Part shown: one piece after another, positions 20,096 through 31,500 of the stretch | Layout of the letters: every line of letters starts with the position of its first letter | Position numbering within the stretch: the stretch's first letter is position 1 | Source of the DNA: an uncultured candidate division Zixibacteria bacterium | GTDB taxonomy: Bacteria > Zixibacteria > MSB-5A5 > GN15 > PGXB01 | Assembly (NCBI GenBank): GCA_963702205.1 | Contig: OY969724.1 | Span: 3,918,571-3,982,570 of the forward strand | Reading direction: 5' to 3' | DNA length: 64,000 nucleotides | Translations under genes and position numbers: made by a program | Notes under the pieces: generated by a model | Database searches by the model: none | Seen by the model: only the letters and a program-made list of their open reading frames with translations | What the model was told of the DNA's origin: nothing

Positions 20096-23000
20096 ATGAG
20101 GTTTCATTTGAAGGTTAGAAAATTTTTCGGAATCATGGCGATTAGTCTATTTTTCATCTTTTCATCAGCATTCGCCATTTCTGAAAACTCTGGACAGAGT
20201 ATCCAAGCGATGAGTAATATTTCATCCATGCCGCTGGCCTTCACTCAAAACAATGGTCAGTGGCCGGATAGCATTCTTTTCAGGGCCAATGCCGGTGGGG
20301 CAACTATGTGGTTCACCAAAGCAGGTTCTGCCTACCAGTTCACACGGAGTATTCCAAAAGATGATGCAGGGCTGGATGATCCCATGTATCCCATGAATCA
20401 TCTCCGTGACCAGAAGTCCGATAGCATTGAATCAATTGCAATAAATGCTTTTTTTATTGGCGCCAATCCCAATCCGCAAATGGTCGGCTCTGAGATGATG
20501 GAATACAAATGTAATTATTTTATTGGCAATGATCCCAATAACTGGCATACCGATGTTCCCAATTATAATGCCATCATTTATGAAGAAATCTATTCCGGCA
20601 TTGATTTGAAATACTATGGCAACGGCAAACAGATGGAATATGATTTCATAGTCTCCCCTGGTGCCGATCCCGCGCAGATTGCCATACATTATGAGGGCGC
20701 CGAATCCCTCTCTGTTAATGTCAATGGTGAGTTAGTGGTTGAGACTGCATGGGGTGAGGTTGTCGAACAGCGACCTATTGTTTATCAGCTACAGAATGGT
20801 GTAAGAGAATCAATTGACGGTGAATATGTACTTACCGACAGGAACTCCTTCGGTTTTTCCCTTGGGGGCAACTACGATCCAGCCCTGCCACTGGTGATTG
20901 ACCCGGTACTGACTTACAGCACCTATCTGGGGGGAAGCGGTTATGATATGGCCTTTGACGTTGCAGCGGATGCGCAAGGAAATGCTCATATTGTTGGCCT
21001 TACTCTTTCGTCGGATTTCCCCTATCAAAATCCACTTCAAGGTTCATATGGAGGAAGTGGAGACGTCTTTATCACGAAATTGAATTATGAAGGAAATGCA
21101 TTAATTTATAGTACGTTCCTTGGCGGGAATAGTGCGGATACCGGTATAAGCATTGCAGTGGATGCAGGAGCAAATGTCTATGTTGCAGGACGTACCGCAT
21201 CTTCTGATTTTCCTACTGAGAATCCATTACAGAGCATGCTGTCAGGATCTGAGGATTCATTTGTTGCAAAGTTAAATTCTATGGGAAACACTCTTGTTTA
21301 CTGCACATATTTGGGCGGTAGTGGCAATGATAAGGCGAATGGGATAGCCGTGGATGAAGGACTAAATGCCTGCATTACTGGCTATACTAATTCGATAAAT
21401 TTCCCTACGGCAAATCCCATACAGGAAACCTATGGAGGTGGAGACAATGACGTTTTTATAGTCAAACTTGATGAAATAGGTACATCATTAATATATAGCA
21501 CATATCTTGGTGGAAATAATAATGATCGAGGAAGAGCGATTGCGGTCGATGATGAAGGCAATGCCTATATAACCGGAAACACATACTCATCCAACTTTCC
21601 TACTCAGAGTGCATTTCAGGCGATATTTGGTGGTTCCTGGGACGCTATTTTGGCCAAAATCGATAATTTGGGAAATTCTTTAATTTACAGCACCTATATT
21701 GGAGGAAGCAATGGTGATATGGGATTGGATATTGCCGTTGATGATGAGAACCAAGCATCCATCACGGGCTATACTAAGGCCTATAATTTCCCTACGGAGA
21801 ACCCGTTTCAGGCAACATATGGTGGGGGAGAATATGATGCTTTTATAACCAAGTTCTCAGCCACGGGCAATACGATGATCTACAGTACGTTTCTGGGCGG
21901 CTCAAGTGACGACATTGGCAATCGCATAGCTGTTGACGGTTCTGGTTGCGCCCATGTGACTGGATATACTGGCTCTTCAGAATTTCCAACTCAGAACGCC
22001 TATGATGCCAGCTTAGACGGCAACAACGATGTTTTCGTGACTAAATTCTCGGCCTCTGGCAATACCCTGATCTATAGCACGTTTCTGGGCGGCTCAAGTG
22101 ACGACATTGGCTATGGCATAGCTGTTGACGGTTCTGGTTGCGCCTATGTAACGGGAAATACTTATTCCTCAGATTTTCCCACTCAGAACGCCTATGATGC
22201 CAGCTTAGATGGTAGCTGGGATGTTTTCGTGACTAAGCTAAATGCGGAGGGAATGCCCCCAAGCTTTTGTGATGGCTTTGATGGCCTGTTTTGTGATGAT
22301 TTTGAAGATGGCATAATCACAGACTGGCAATCTCTACGAAATGACGGATGTAGTTGGGCAGAATCTAATGGCATATTATCTACCTCAATATCAGGGATGG
22401 AGCAATGGTGCATCCAAACGGTAGGTGACCATAGCTGGGCTAATTATTCTCTTGAAGCTAAGGTCATAGGAAATGTCGGGATTAATGAAGGCGTTGACAA
22501 AGTTCTCGTTTTCAGAATACAAGACGCAGACAACTTCTATACCGTAAACTTAAGATCAGATTACCCATCATCTGGCGATGATTTCATAACATTTGACAAA
22601 ATGGTTGGCGGTGTATATCAGGCTGACGTAGTAACTGAATCATATCCATCTGAGATAGGAGTATGGTATACTCTGAGAGTCAATTGTATTGGCAATTATT
22701 TTCAGGTATATGTCGATGACAACCTTGCTCTGGAGTATGTTGATCCGGATAACCTCTATCCTACAGGCGGAATCGGCGTTGCCTGCTGGACTGGCTATCA
22801 CGGCTTTTGTGATATATCATTTGATAATGTGACTGTTTTAGAATTGGGCAGTCCTCATATTGATGTAAATCCGGCCTCACTTGAATTCATGGCAATACAG
22901 AATGGTGCAATACCAAATGAACAGACAGTCACAATTGGCAATACTGGCTCTGAGACACTTGCGTGGAGTGTCGAATCTGACCAATTTTGGCTTGACATAA

Positions 23001-25189
23001 CTCCATCTTCCGGAATCGGGAACTCCGCTGAAGTAACTGTATCGCCAAACACAACAAACTTAGCACCGGATAATTATAATGCGACAATTACTGTTTCAGG
23101 CAATGCAGATAACACTCCGCAGACAATTTCCGTCTCTTATCAAATTGATCCTGATGATCTGCCTGACAAACTTGCACAGTATGATTTTATAAAAAACAGA
23201 TTAGCAAACCTTGAAATAGATATCTTTGCAGGATGGGAGATTCCCACTCTAAATAATTATGAGATGGATGATGCGAATACTTTTGTTGACAATGTCATAC
23301 GGCCGGGTTCACCTACTGATATTCAGAGAGAAACTTTTGAACGTTTACTTATGGCAGTAAAACTCGTCAATGCGGGATATCGTTACTTACCATCCGGATC
23401 AAATCCTTTACCAGAATCGGAATATGTAAGAGGCGGTGAAGAAATGTGGGACCTTGGTTCCAAAAACACGATTTCAGCGGTCTTCGCAGGTATTAGTTTA
23501 GTAACTTTATTTGATAATATTGGGGGAAATTTGGTCAGAAAGTTGGCCAGCAAGGTCGTAAATTATTTCCTCGATTTAATTTCCCAAATAAAAATGATGA
23601 TTCACGACAAAGACGCCCGAAGAACATTTGACATGTTAATTACAGCAATAAAAGGTGCAATATCCGCCCTTCTTTCTGATGGCAATCCCATTTATGTCAT
23701 TACCCAACCGCCGATTCGCGTTGCTCTTGATGAAGTGACAATTAGCGCTTTTCACGTACCCGGTACACAGGATGCACTTGATGATGCAGGCAATTGGTCG
23801 ACTATATACAATTACCAGAATAGTTTGGAAGATGCAGAAGACAATTTTAATACCCGGTGGTCCAATGTAAAAGATATGACTGATCAATCAGCAGATCTAA
23901 TATCTGAATATGAAAGTCATGTTAATCTTAATGGCCTGATTGAATCTCTTCAGGAATTATGGGATGCAATTGCAGGTGGTCCTTGGGAAGTCCTCAAGAT
24001 AGCATGGGTTGTTGTAAGAGAGTTACTGGGTTATGAGAATATTAAGTGGTCGGTCAAATCTGCAGGAGAGGCAATAGCCACAGCATCTTTAATTCCAAAT
24101 GAGGTTGTTTGGGGGACATTTGATATATATAATACTGGATCACTGAAAAATCTTACGGCGGCATCAGATAATAATATTTTATACTCCCCTGATACTTCAA
24201 CTTCCAAATCCTATGCAAAATCCCAAACCCCCAATAAACTAACTGCCTTTATCGATGGCTGCACAACTCTTATATCTGCCGTGCAAAACGAGGACAGCCT
24301 TCAAGTTTTCGATGCATCGGAGGATCTATTGGGCGCAGCAGATAGCATTTCGGATTTATTTACGGCACAATCACAATCATTAGCGTCCAAGTCGGACAGC
24401 GCCTGGGTATACATGACTGAATTCGATACAACATTGGCTCTCGCTGATTCCATGAATATATCTGGTCAGTTGAGACTTCTTGAAAGTTCCATAATCGCAT
24501 CTGCCCTGCAATTAAATCCTTTTGATACCGCATTTAATGCTAATGCGATTTCGGTCCTTGATACTATCAAGATAAGCGTGGAACGCGCCTGGTTCGTTAT
24601 GGATAGTATTTTACAGTTGCTCAATGGGGCTCCTGCTGAGCCTACATTAATTCTCATTCCGGACAGTGACCATTATTTTGTAACTATGGATTCGGAATTT
24701 ACGGTCAATTATAAAGTAACCAACATAGGTGATGCCACGGCTTCGGGTGTTTTTGCAAAAGCTCTTTCCACTGAAGGAATATCCATTATTGGAGATGATT
24801 CAATTTCTATTGCTGATATTAATCCTGGAGATTCTCTGTCGTTGAATTTTACGGTGTCCGTCGACCACATATCTGCTCCTTCATCAGAATATATGAGCTT
24901 TTACTTTGATGCGACCGCATATCCAGAAAACGGGATAGGTATTCAAAACACAGTTTTGCTGAGCGCATTGACTTATATCTGCGGCGATGTTAACGCTGAT
25001 GGAAATGTTAATTTGATCGATATTTTATACTTGATCGATTATAAGTATGGCACCCCGCAAGGTAATCCACCGATACCTATGAATTCTGGAGACATTAATG
25101 CCGATGGGGCCATAAACTTGATTGATATACTTTATTTGATAGACTACTTGTATGGAACGCCTGCCGGCCCCGATCCAGAATGCCCATAA
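20096..25189 (+). CDS. Secreted SBBP repeat protein with lectin-like and BACON/Ig-like domains, a helical region and a C-terminal dockerin
   Basis: Start reassigned to ATG 20096 (GAGGAGG RBS). N-terminal ~700 aa are paralogous to 3301..6723. Ends in a CGDVNADGNVNLIDILYLIDYKYG dockerin pair. Confidence 0.85.
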   Translation: MRFHLKVRKFFGIMAISLFFIFSSAFAISENSGQSIQAMSNISSMPLAFTQNNGQWPDSILFRANAGGATMWFTKAGSAYQFTRSIPKDDAGLDDPMYPMNHLRDQKSDSIESIAINAFFIGANPNPQMVGSEMMEYKCNYFIGNDPNNWHTDVPNYNAIIYEEIYSGIDLKYYGNGKQMEYDFIVSPGADPAQIAIHYEGAESLSVNVNGELVVETAWGEVVEQRPIVYQLQNGVRESIDGEYVLTDRNSFGFSLGGNYDPALPLVIDPVLTYSTYLGGSGYDMAFDVAADAQGNAHIVGLTLSSDFPYQNPLQGSYGGSGDVFITKLNYEGNALIYSTFLGGNSADTGISIAVDAGANVYVAGRTASSDFPTENPLQSMLSGSEDSFVAKLNSMGNTLVYCTYLGGSGNDKANGIAVDEGLNACITGYTNSINFPTANPIQETYGGGDNDVFIVKLDEIGTSLIYSTYLGGNNNDRGRAIAVDDEGNAYITGNTYSSNFPTQSAFQAIFGGSWDAILAKIDNLGNSLIYSTYIGGSNGDMGLDIAVDDENQASITGYTKAYNFPTENPFQATYGGGEYDAFITKFSATGNTMIYSTFLGGSSDDIGNRIAVDGSGCAHVTGYTGSSEFPTQNAYDASLDGNNDVFVTKFSASGNTLIYSTFLGGSSDDIGYGIAVDGSGCAYVTGNTYSSDFPTQNAYDASLDGSWDVFVTKLNAEGMPPSFCDGFDGLFCDDFEDGIITDWQSLRNDGCSWAESNGILSTSISGMEQWCIQTVGDHSWANYSLEAKVIGNVGINEGVDKVLVFRIQDADNFYTVNLRSDYPSSGDDFITFDKMVGGVYQADVVTESYPSEIGVWYTLRVNCIGNYFQVYVDDNLALEYVDPDNLYPTGGIGVACWTGYHGFCDISFDNVTVLELGSPHIDVNPASLEFMAIQNGAIPNEQTVTIGNTGSETLAWSVESDQFWLDITPSSGIGNSAEVTVSPNTTNLAPDNYNATITVSGNADNTPQTISVSYQIDPDDLPDKLAQYDFIKNRLANLEIDIFAGWEIPTLNNYEMDDANTFVDNVIRPGSPTDIQRETFERLLMAVKLVNAGYRYLPSGSNPLPESEYVRGGEEMWDLGSKNTISAVFAGISLVTLFDNIGGNLVRKLASKVVNYFLDLISQIKMMIHDKDARRTFDMLITAIKGAISALLSDGNPIYVITQPPIRVALDEVTISAFHVPGTQDALDDAGNWSTIYNYQNSLEDAEDNFNTRWSNVKDMTDQSADLISEYESHVNLNGLIESLQELWDAIAGGPWEVLKIAWVVVRELLGYENIKWSVKSAGEAIATASLIPNEVVWGTFDIYNTGSLKNLTAASDNNILYSPDTSTSKSYAKSQTPNKLTAFIDGCTTLISAVQNEDSLQVFDASEDLLGAADSISDLFTAQSQSLASKSDSAWVYMTEFDTTLALADSMNISGQLRLLESSIIASALQLNPFDTAFNANAISVLDTIKISVERAWFVMDSILQLLNGAPAEPTLILIPDSDHYFVTMDSEFTVNYKVTNIGDATASGVFAKALSTEGISIIGDDSISIADINPGDSLSLNFTVSVDHISAPSSEYMSFYFDATAYPENGIGIQNTVLLSALTYICGDVNADGNVNLIDILYLIDYKYGTPQGNPPIPMNSGDINADGAINLIDILYLIDYLYGTPAGPDPECP

Positions 25190-25207
25190 TGAACCCCCAA
25201 TTGTACG

Positions 25208-25291
25208 AATAGGATGCGTGGCGATTCACGTATCCTATTGTACATCAATGCGTTATAAGCTTTGCTCCCCCGGCAGGACTCTATTAGAACG
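25208..25291 (+). repeat. Cassette junction S5: hairpin, left arm, core GCTCCCC (25264-25270), type-C right arm CGGCAGGACTCTATTAGAAC
   Basis: Stem AATAGGATGCGTG / CACGTATCCTATT; left arm ...GTTATAAGCTTT identical to S2. Confidence 0.8.
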
Positions 25292-25432
25292 TTTAGGCGG
25301 CTTTTGGATTATTTAAAAATGGCAATATAGCCCGAAATATGCTCGTCGGTATATTTTTATGGGCTTAATATTGTAGTATTATATACATGTGCAGGCATAT
25401 TCCTATCAAATACAGTTGCCCCAAATAACCAC

Positions 25433-25488
25433 TTGCCATTCTTAAACTGTTTTTTATATTTATAATGTTTGGGTTTCGAGCACAACCC
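25433..25488 (+). promoter_or_regulatory. Shared cassette promoter (TTGCCA-16-TATATT plus GGGTT..AACCC hairpin)
   Basis: Matches the motif upstream of the other cassette genes. Confidence 0.5.
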
Positions 25489-25526
25489 TTTTAAAGCCAA
25501 TATTACTGCTTATTCTGGAGGGTGTT

Positions 25527-28500
25527 ATGTGTTCTATTATCAAAGCTGCAAAAAATATAATCAAATTATTTAGTCTGTTCCTAATTACTTGCGCGTTCGC
25601 GAATGCGGATACTACGTATGTTTCAACATTGTCCGGGTCAAATCATTGGACCATTTCCGGAAGTCCCTATGTCGTTACTCAAGATATTAAAGCTGTTTAT
25701 GGCGGATTATACATCGATCCCGGAGTAGAAGTGCTATTTTATTCGGGTGCTGGACTCAAAATTGCAGATGACTATGCGACCGACCCCCGACCCGGCTGGC
25801 TGAATGCTGTTGGGACGCCTGACAGCGTGATTCGATTTGCACCGTTAAGTGGCATTTCTGGCGATTGGGACGGTATAACATTTGAAAAAGGTAGCGGCTA
25901 TTCAACCTATACCTCGACCCTGGAGCACTGTATAATTGAGAAAGGACATCTGAATATCTATTGCCGTAATACCGCCCAACCGACTTTGCACAATTGCATT
26001 ATTCGTGGGGCCGATCATAGTGGCATTTACCTTTCTAACTCAAATATAGTTGAGGTCAGCAATTGCCAGATTGACTCAAACGCTTTATATGGTGTGTATT
26101 TTACACCCGGATTGTTTCCCAATCTAATGGGTAATACATATTCTGATAACGGGATGGGCATAGCCATGTCCGGCGGAGATTTTAGCGCCAGTGGAACATT
26201 AAAAAACGATAATAATGAACCATATAATGTCCTTGGTGATATTAGGCTAATTTTCCGGGGCTTGGCTTTGGAACCCGGTATTACCATGCTGTTTGATACC
26301 AGTGCTGGATTACAGGTTGGGGGTGATTATATAAACGACCCCCGACCCGGCTGGCTGAATGCTGTTGGGACGCCTGACAGCGTGATTCGATTTGCACCGT
26401 TAAGTGGCATTTCTGGCGATTGGGACGGTATAACATTTGAAAAAGGTAGCGGCTATTCAACCTATACCTCGACCCTGGAGCACTGTATAATTGAGAAAGG
26501 ACATCTGAATATCTATTGCCGTAATACCGCCCAACCGACTTTGCACAATTGCATTATTCGTGGGGCCGATCATAGTGGCATTTACCTTTCTAACTCAAAT
26601 ATAGTTGAGGTCAGCAATTGCCAGATTGACTCAAACGCTTTATATGGTGTGTATTTTACACCCGGATTGTTTCCCAATCTAATGGGTAATACATATTCTG
26701 ATAACGGGATGGGCATAGCCATGTCCGGCGGAGATTTTAGCGCCAGTGGAACATTAAAAAACGATAATAATGAACCATATAATGTCCTTGGTGATATTAG
26801 GCTAATTTTCCGGGGCTTGGCTTTGGAACCCGGTATTACCATGCTGTTTGATACCAGTGCTGGATTACAGGTTGGGGGTGATTATATAAACGACCCCCGA
26901 CCCGGCTGGCTGAATGCTGTTGGGACGCCTGACAGCGTGATTCGATTTGCACCGTTAAGTGGCATTTCTGGCGATTGGGACGGTATAACATTTGAAAAAG
27001 GTAGCGGCTATTCAACCTATACCTCGACCCTGGAGCACTGTATAATTGAGAAAGGACATCTGAATATCTATTGCCGTAATACCGCCCAACCGACTTTGCA
27101 CAATTGCATTATTCGTGGGGCCGATCATAGTGGCATTTACCTTTCTAACTCAAATATAGTTGAAGTCAGCAATTGCCAGATTGATTCTAATGCTGCATAT
27201 GGAGTTTATATTTATGGGACGTCGCAACCTCATATCGGCGATTCCGTAGATTTTACCTGCTTTATTCAAAATAATCCGAACTACAACTTATATAATAACA
27301 CGGCCAATTCAATATATGTCAGACATAATTACTGGGGAACTTCGGACCCTGACACAATTGCGGCATATATCTATGATTATTTTGACGAGGATACAAAAGG
27401 CAGGGTATATTATGAACCTTTTATATTCGACCATAATGTTGGTATCATTTCAATATTGGAGCCGACCGGTATTGGCTCACTGGTTTCGGTTTATGTTCCA
27501 ACCGTCATTTTAAAAAATAAAGGTGCAAATCAGGAAAGCGGAAGCGCGGTTTTTGAAATAGGAGATGTTTATTCGGAAATTGTCGGTTTTAATCTGGAAA
27601 TTGGCCAGGAAGATACTATAAGCTTTCCAGAATGGATTCCAAGTGAATTGGCGGCTTATTTTGTCACCTGCTCTATTAATCTTCCCGATGACCTGGATGA
27701 ATCTGATAATACATTTAATGATAAAATCTCTTTAAGTTCTGGATCAGGATTGGAAATTCATACAATATTTCCAGATTTCGGTCGCACCGGTCAATTTGTG
27801 ACAGTTTCGATTACAGGAAACGGATTTGAAAGCAGCGGCATGGGAGCACGACTTAAGCTGCCAGGTGAACCCGATATAATCGCTGACGTATCTGACATAA
27901 ATTTCATTAACGAAAATACAATTGAAATAGGTTTTGACCTGACCGATGCCATTTTGGATAGATGGGACATTGAAATATCAAACTCTCTAAATGAAACCTA
28001 TCGATTTTACAAAGGGCTCAATGTGATCTTCTATGAAGGGGAAGTCTTGCCCCTCTGCGAATGGCATGAATTCAATGTTCATGATGGCTCAACAATTGAT
28101 GCCGGTGGCGTTCTTATATCAAAATCGGAAGAAATATTCATGCTGTTAAAAAAGGGTAACAGATCAGGATACTCGGGAACATGGTCAGGGACTGTCAGGC
28201 TTCTTGATTATGAAGGAAATCAAATTGCCTATAGTACGGGCGGGGCTGATGTCGCATTCCATTGTAAAGACTTATCTGCGGGTTTGTATACACTGGAAAT
28301 AGAAGCCTATGACCCGGGCGAAGGTATAATTGACTTTTGTTCAGAGATACAGGATTCGATGACCATTGGCCAGTGGTATATTGGAGAGATATTAAGGCCC
28401 TATGGAAACGATTGGGTGCAATTCGATTTGCCCGAGGGCATTGATACCCTTCACTTACAAACCGAAGGGTATGGAATGTGGAGTACGATTGACGTATATC

Positions 28501-31500
28501 TTGAAGATTTAAATAACCCAACCGGGCATTGGTTTTTCAACAATCCTCCGCGAGGTTATCATATTGAAGGCAAGATAGCCAATCCTCCGGCGGGTAGATA
28601 TTTTATAAAATACATGGATTCGGCAGTTTTGCAGGGAACCGGATATAACCAAAAAAGACAATATATGCTTTTGGTTGATACATCGTCTTCCCCGCCACCG
28701 CCTCAAATAGAACCCGAGATTACCGGGCTTTCCACATATGAAGGCGGTCAAGGACCGGTGACAGTAATTGTCTCCGGCCGAGGGCTTGATTCATTAGCCA
28801 CAGTGTATCTTGCCAGAGAAGGTTATGATGATGTGATTGCCGAATATGTCTATGGTGATTCAAACATGGTTGAATTAATAGCAACATTTGATTTTTCAGA
28901 GACGGAAACTGGAGACTGGGAGTTTATAGTTGAGAATCCGGGTGGGCAAAGCGATACATCATCTGATTTGTTTACCGTTGATCAAAGCATAAGCGAGAAT
29001 GTACAAATAGAATTGGTTGGTCGTGAAAGCCAAAGAATAAACAGAAGCCAGACATATTTATTGAAGATAACTAATAATGGTATTATTAACGTTTATGATC
29101 GTTTATTGTGGCTTACTATGTCAGAAAATGCGACTTTTGAATTTCTTGATGTCTCGACACCGTACAATAAACCACCCCATTCTGCTACCACTTTTAATGG
29201 CGTTAAAGTATTAGGCGTAGTTTTGCCTTTATTGGAAGCAGGAGCAAAACAAACAATCCCGATAAAAGTATATGCTAATGGAGGAGATAATATTGCTTTT
29301 TCTGCTGGTATTGTTGATGTGCCCCCACCATATTATCTATTAATGAAAAAAGGCCCTTTTAATCATTATGACTATTCAACAAATTCAATATTTTCAACCC
29401 TACCAAATAGAGTTCAACCTTATTATAATGATCCACCACTGCAAAATGGCTTAACCGTGTTCATCGGTCCAAATTATGGATCCGGTGGAGATAATCCATA
29501 CGGACATAATGCTATTACTGAAGTAGTAAACGGAGAATTGAAGGTATGGGATCCATTTCTTAAATCTGCCGGGTATAACCAGCCAATGAATTTCGCAGAT
29601 TGGAGATACTATTTCGAATCGGACGGCGCAGAATACAAAGGTTGGGGAAAGCCAGTAGATGCTACGGATGACAAATTGAACGAAGTTGCAGCACTGGCTC
29701 GACAGGAAGTCCAAAATAATGAAGTGGAATGGAGCCTTTATGGATTCGCAGGCAAATATATGACTTGTTCAAGATGGATTCAACATTTGTATGCGAAAAG
29801 GGACCTTCATCCTATTCCGCAACCATTTGCATGGCCATGGATAACTCCCGGAACTTTGTATTTGGCGATGACAGGACGAAGCGATTTTTATTCCGTGTTA
29901 AATCCGTCTAAGAATTTGAGGTTTCTATCAGATTTATCATTTATATTAGATTATTATCCTGAATGGTCGGAGACATGGCTTGGCAAAGCCTTGCAATCGT
30001 TTATCAGCAAATTGATTCAATCATCTACCCCCGAAGATAAATACGGGCCCACCGGATTCGATCTTCCTGATACTCCAATTGAATCTAAGAAGAGGCATTT
30101 ATCAGAATTTAAAAGTCAATTTGATTATCGCATCGATTTCTGGAACCATGAAGAGGCTACGGCCGATGCTCAAGTCGTTTACATTAAAGACACGCTCGAT
30201 GAGAATTTTGATATTTATTCATTTGGGTTCACGAAATTTGGATTCTTGCGCTGGGATATTGATTTAGGCGGCGGACAATACTTCAATGTTGATGTCGACA
30301 TGCGACCAGACATGGATTTAATCGTAAATGTGGAAGGAACGTTCGATCCGGATAATCGGGCTATCGACTGGGTATTTACGTCCATGGTGCCGGGTTCGGA
30401 TACGTTGCCTGAGTTAATCGGCTTTCTTCCACCAATAGATTCAACGGGCTATAATATGGGCTGGGTCGATTTCAAAGTATCTCCTAAGTCAAATCTTATA
30501 ACCGGCACTCAATTCACCAATCAGGCCTTTGTTAATTTTGATGGCTACCCCGCCTGTGACACATGCCCTCTCTGGAGTCCAGCCCCCAAAGACGGCCCAT
30601 ATCTAAACACCCTCGATGCCGGACCTCCTCAAAGCCAAATAACAACCCTGCCTGACACTACCTACGATTTGAGCATTTTGGTTGATTGGTCTGGAGTAGA
30701 TGATGATGAACAGGAATTAGGTTCAGGGATTAAATCATATAACATCTACTATAGCGATAATGGCGGTCCTTATGTGTTATGGCTTAATGATACAACTGCC
30801 ACATCCGCTGTGTTCACTGGCTGTATTCATGATCATACTTATGCATTCTATAGCTTAGCGACCGACAATGTCGGTCATGTTGAGTCTCCCCCCGACTCGT
30901 TTGACACAAAGACGACCATCTCATATTTCTTCGTTTGTGGCGATGTGGCGCAGCCTAATGACGGGTTGGTCAACCTGCTTGATATATTATTCCTGATTAA
31001 TTACTTATACGGCAATCCTCAAGGGGATGCTCCCGATCCAATCGAAGCTGCCGACGTTAATTTCGATGGTGAAAATATAACGGTTAATCTCATTGATATT
31101 CTATACCTGATTGATTTCATATACGGCGAACCACATGGCCCAGAACCCGATTGTGCCGGTCAAAAAAAGCGTTCCGTACCGTCTGCTCCGGTGGATACTG
31201 CCTTCATCGCCTGCAATACAAAAAATGGCAAAAGCACAATCAATATTGATTCGCCGGTCGATATCTTCGGAATTGAATTAAAGCTGAGATCGGCAGATAG
31301 CTCCCAAATTACCCTGACCAATCAAAGCAATGTTTTTGACCTGTTTTATCGTCAGGAGAAATCAGCGATAAAAGCAGGTATGCTCAATCCCAAAGAGAAA
31401 CAGCTTCTGCCGAAGGGCAAAAATGTCCTTTTGGAAGCCAGCGGGACAGTGGAAGTAACAGATGTGCTCGCGGTCGATGCTTCACTCAATCCGGTCTATT

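Noticed and set aside
25263..25291. Complete tRNA gene at S5
   Set aside because: Only about 18 nt resemble a tRNA 3' end; no 5' T-stem, anticodon arm or D arm.
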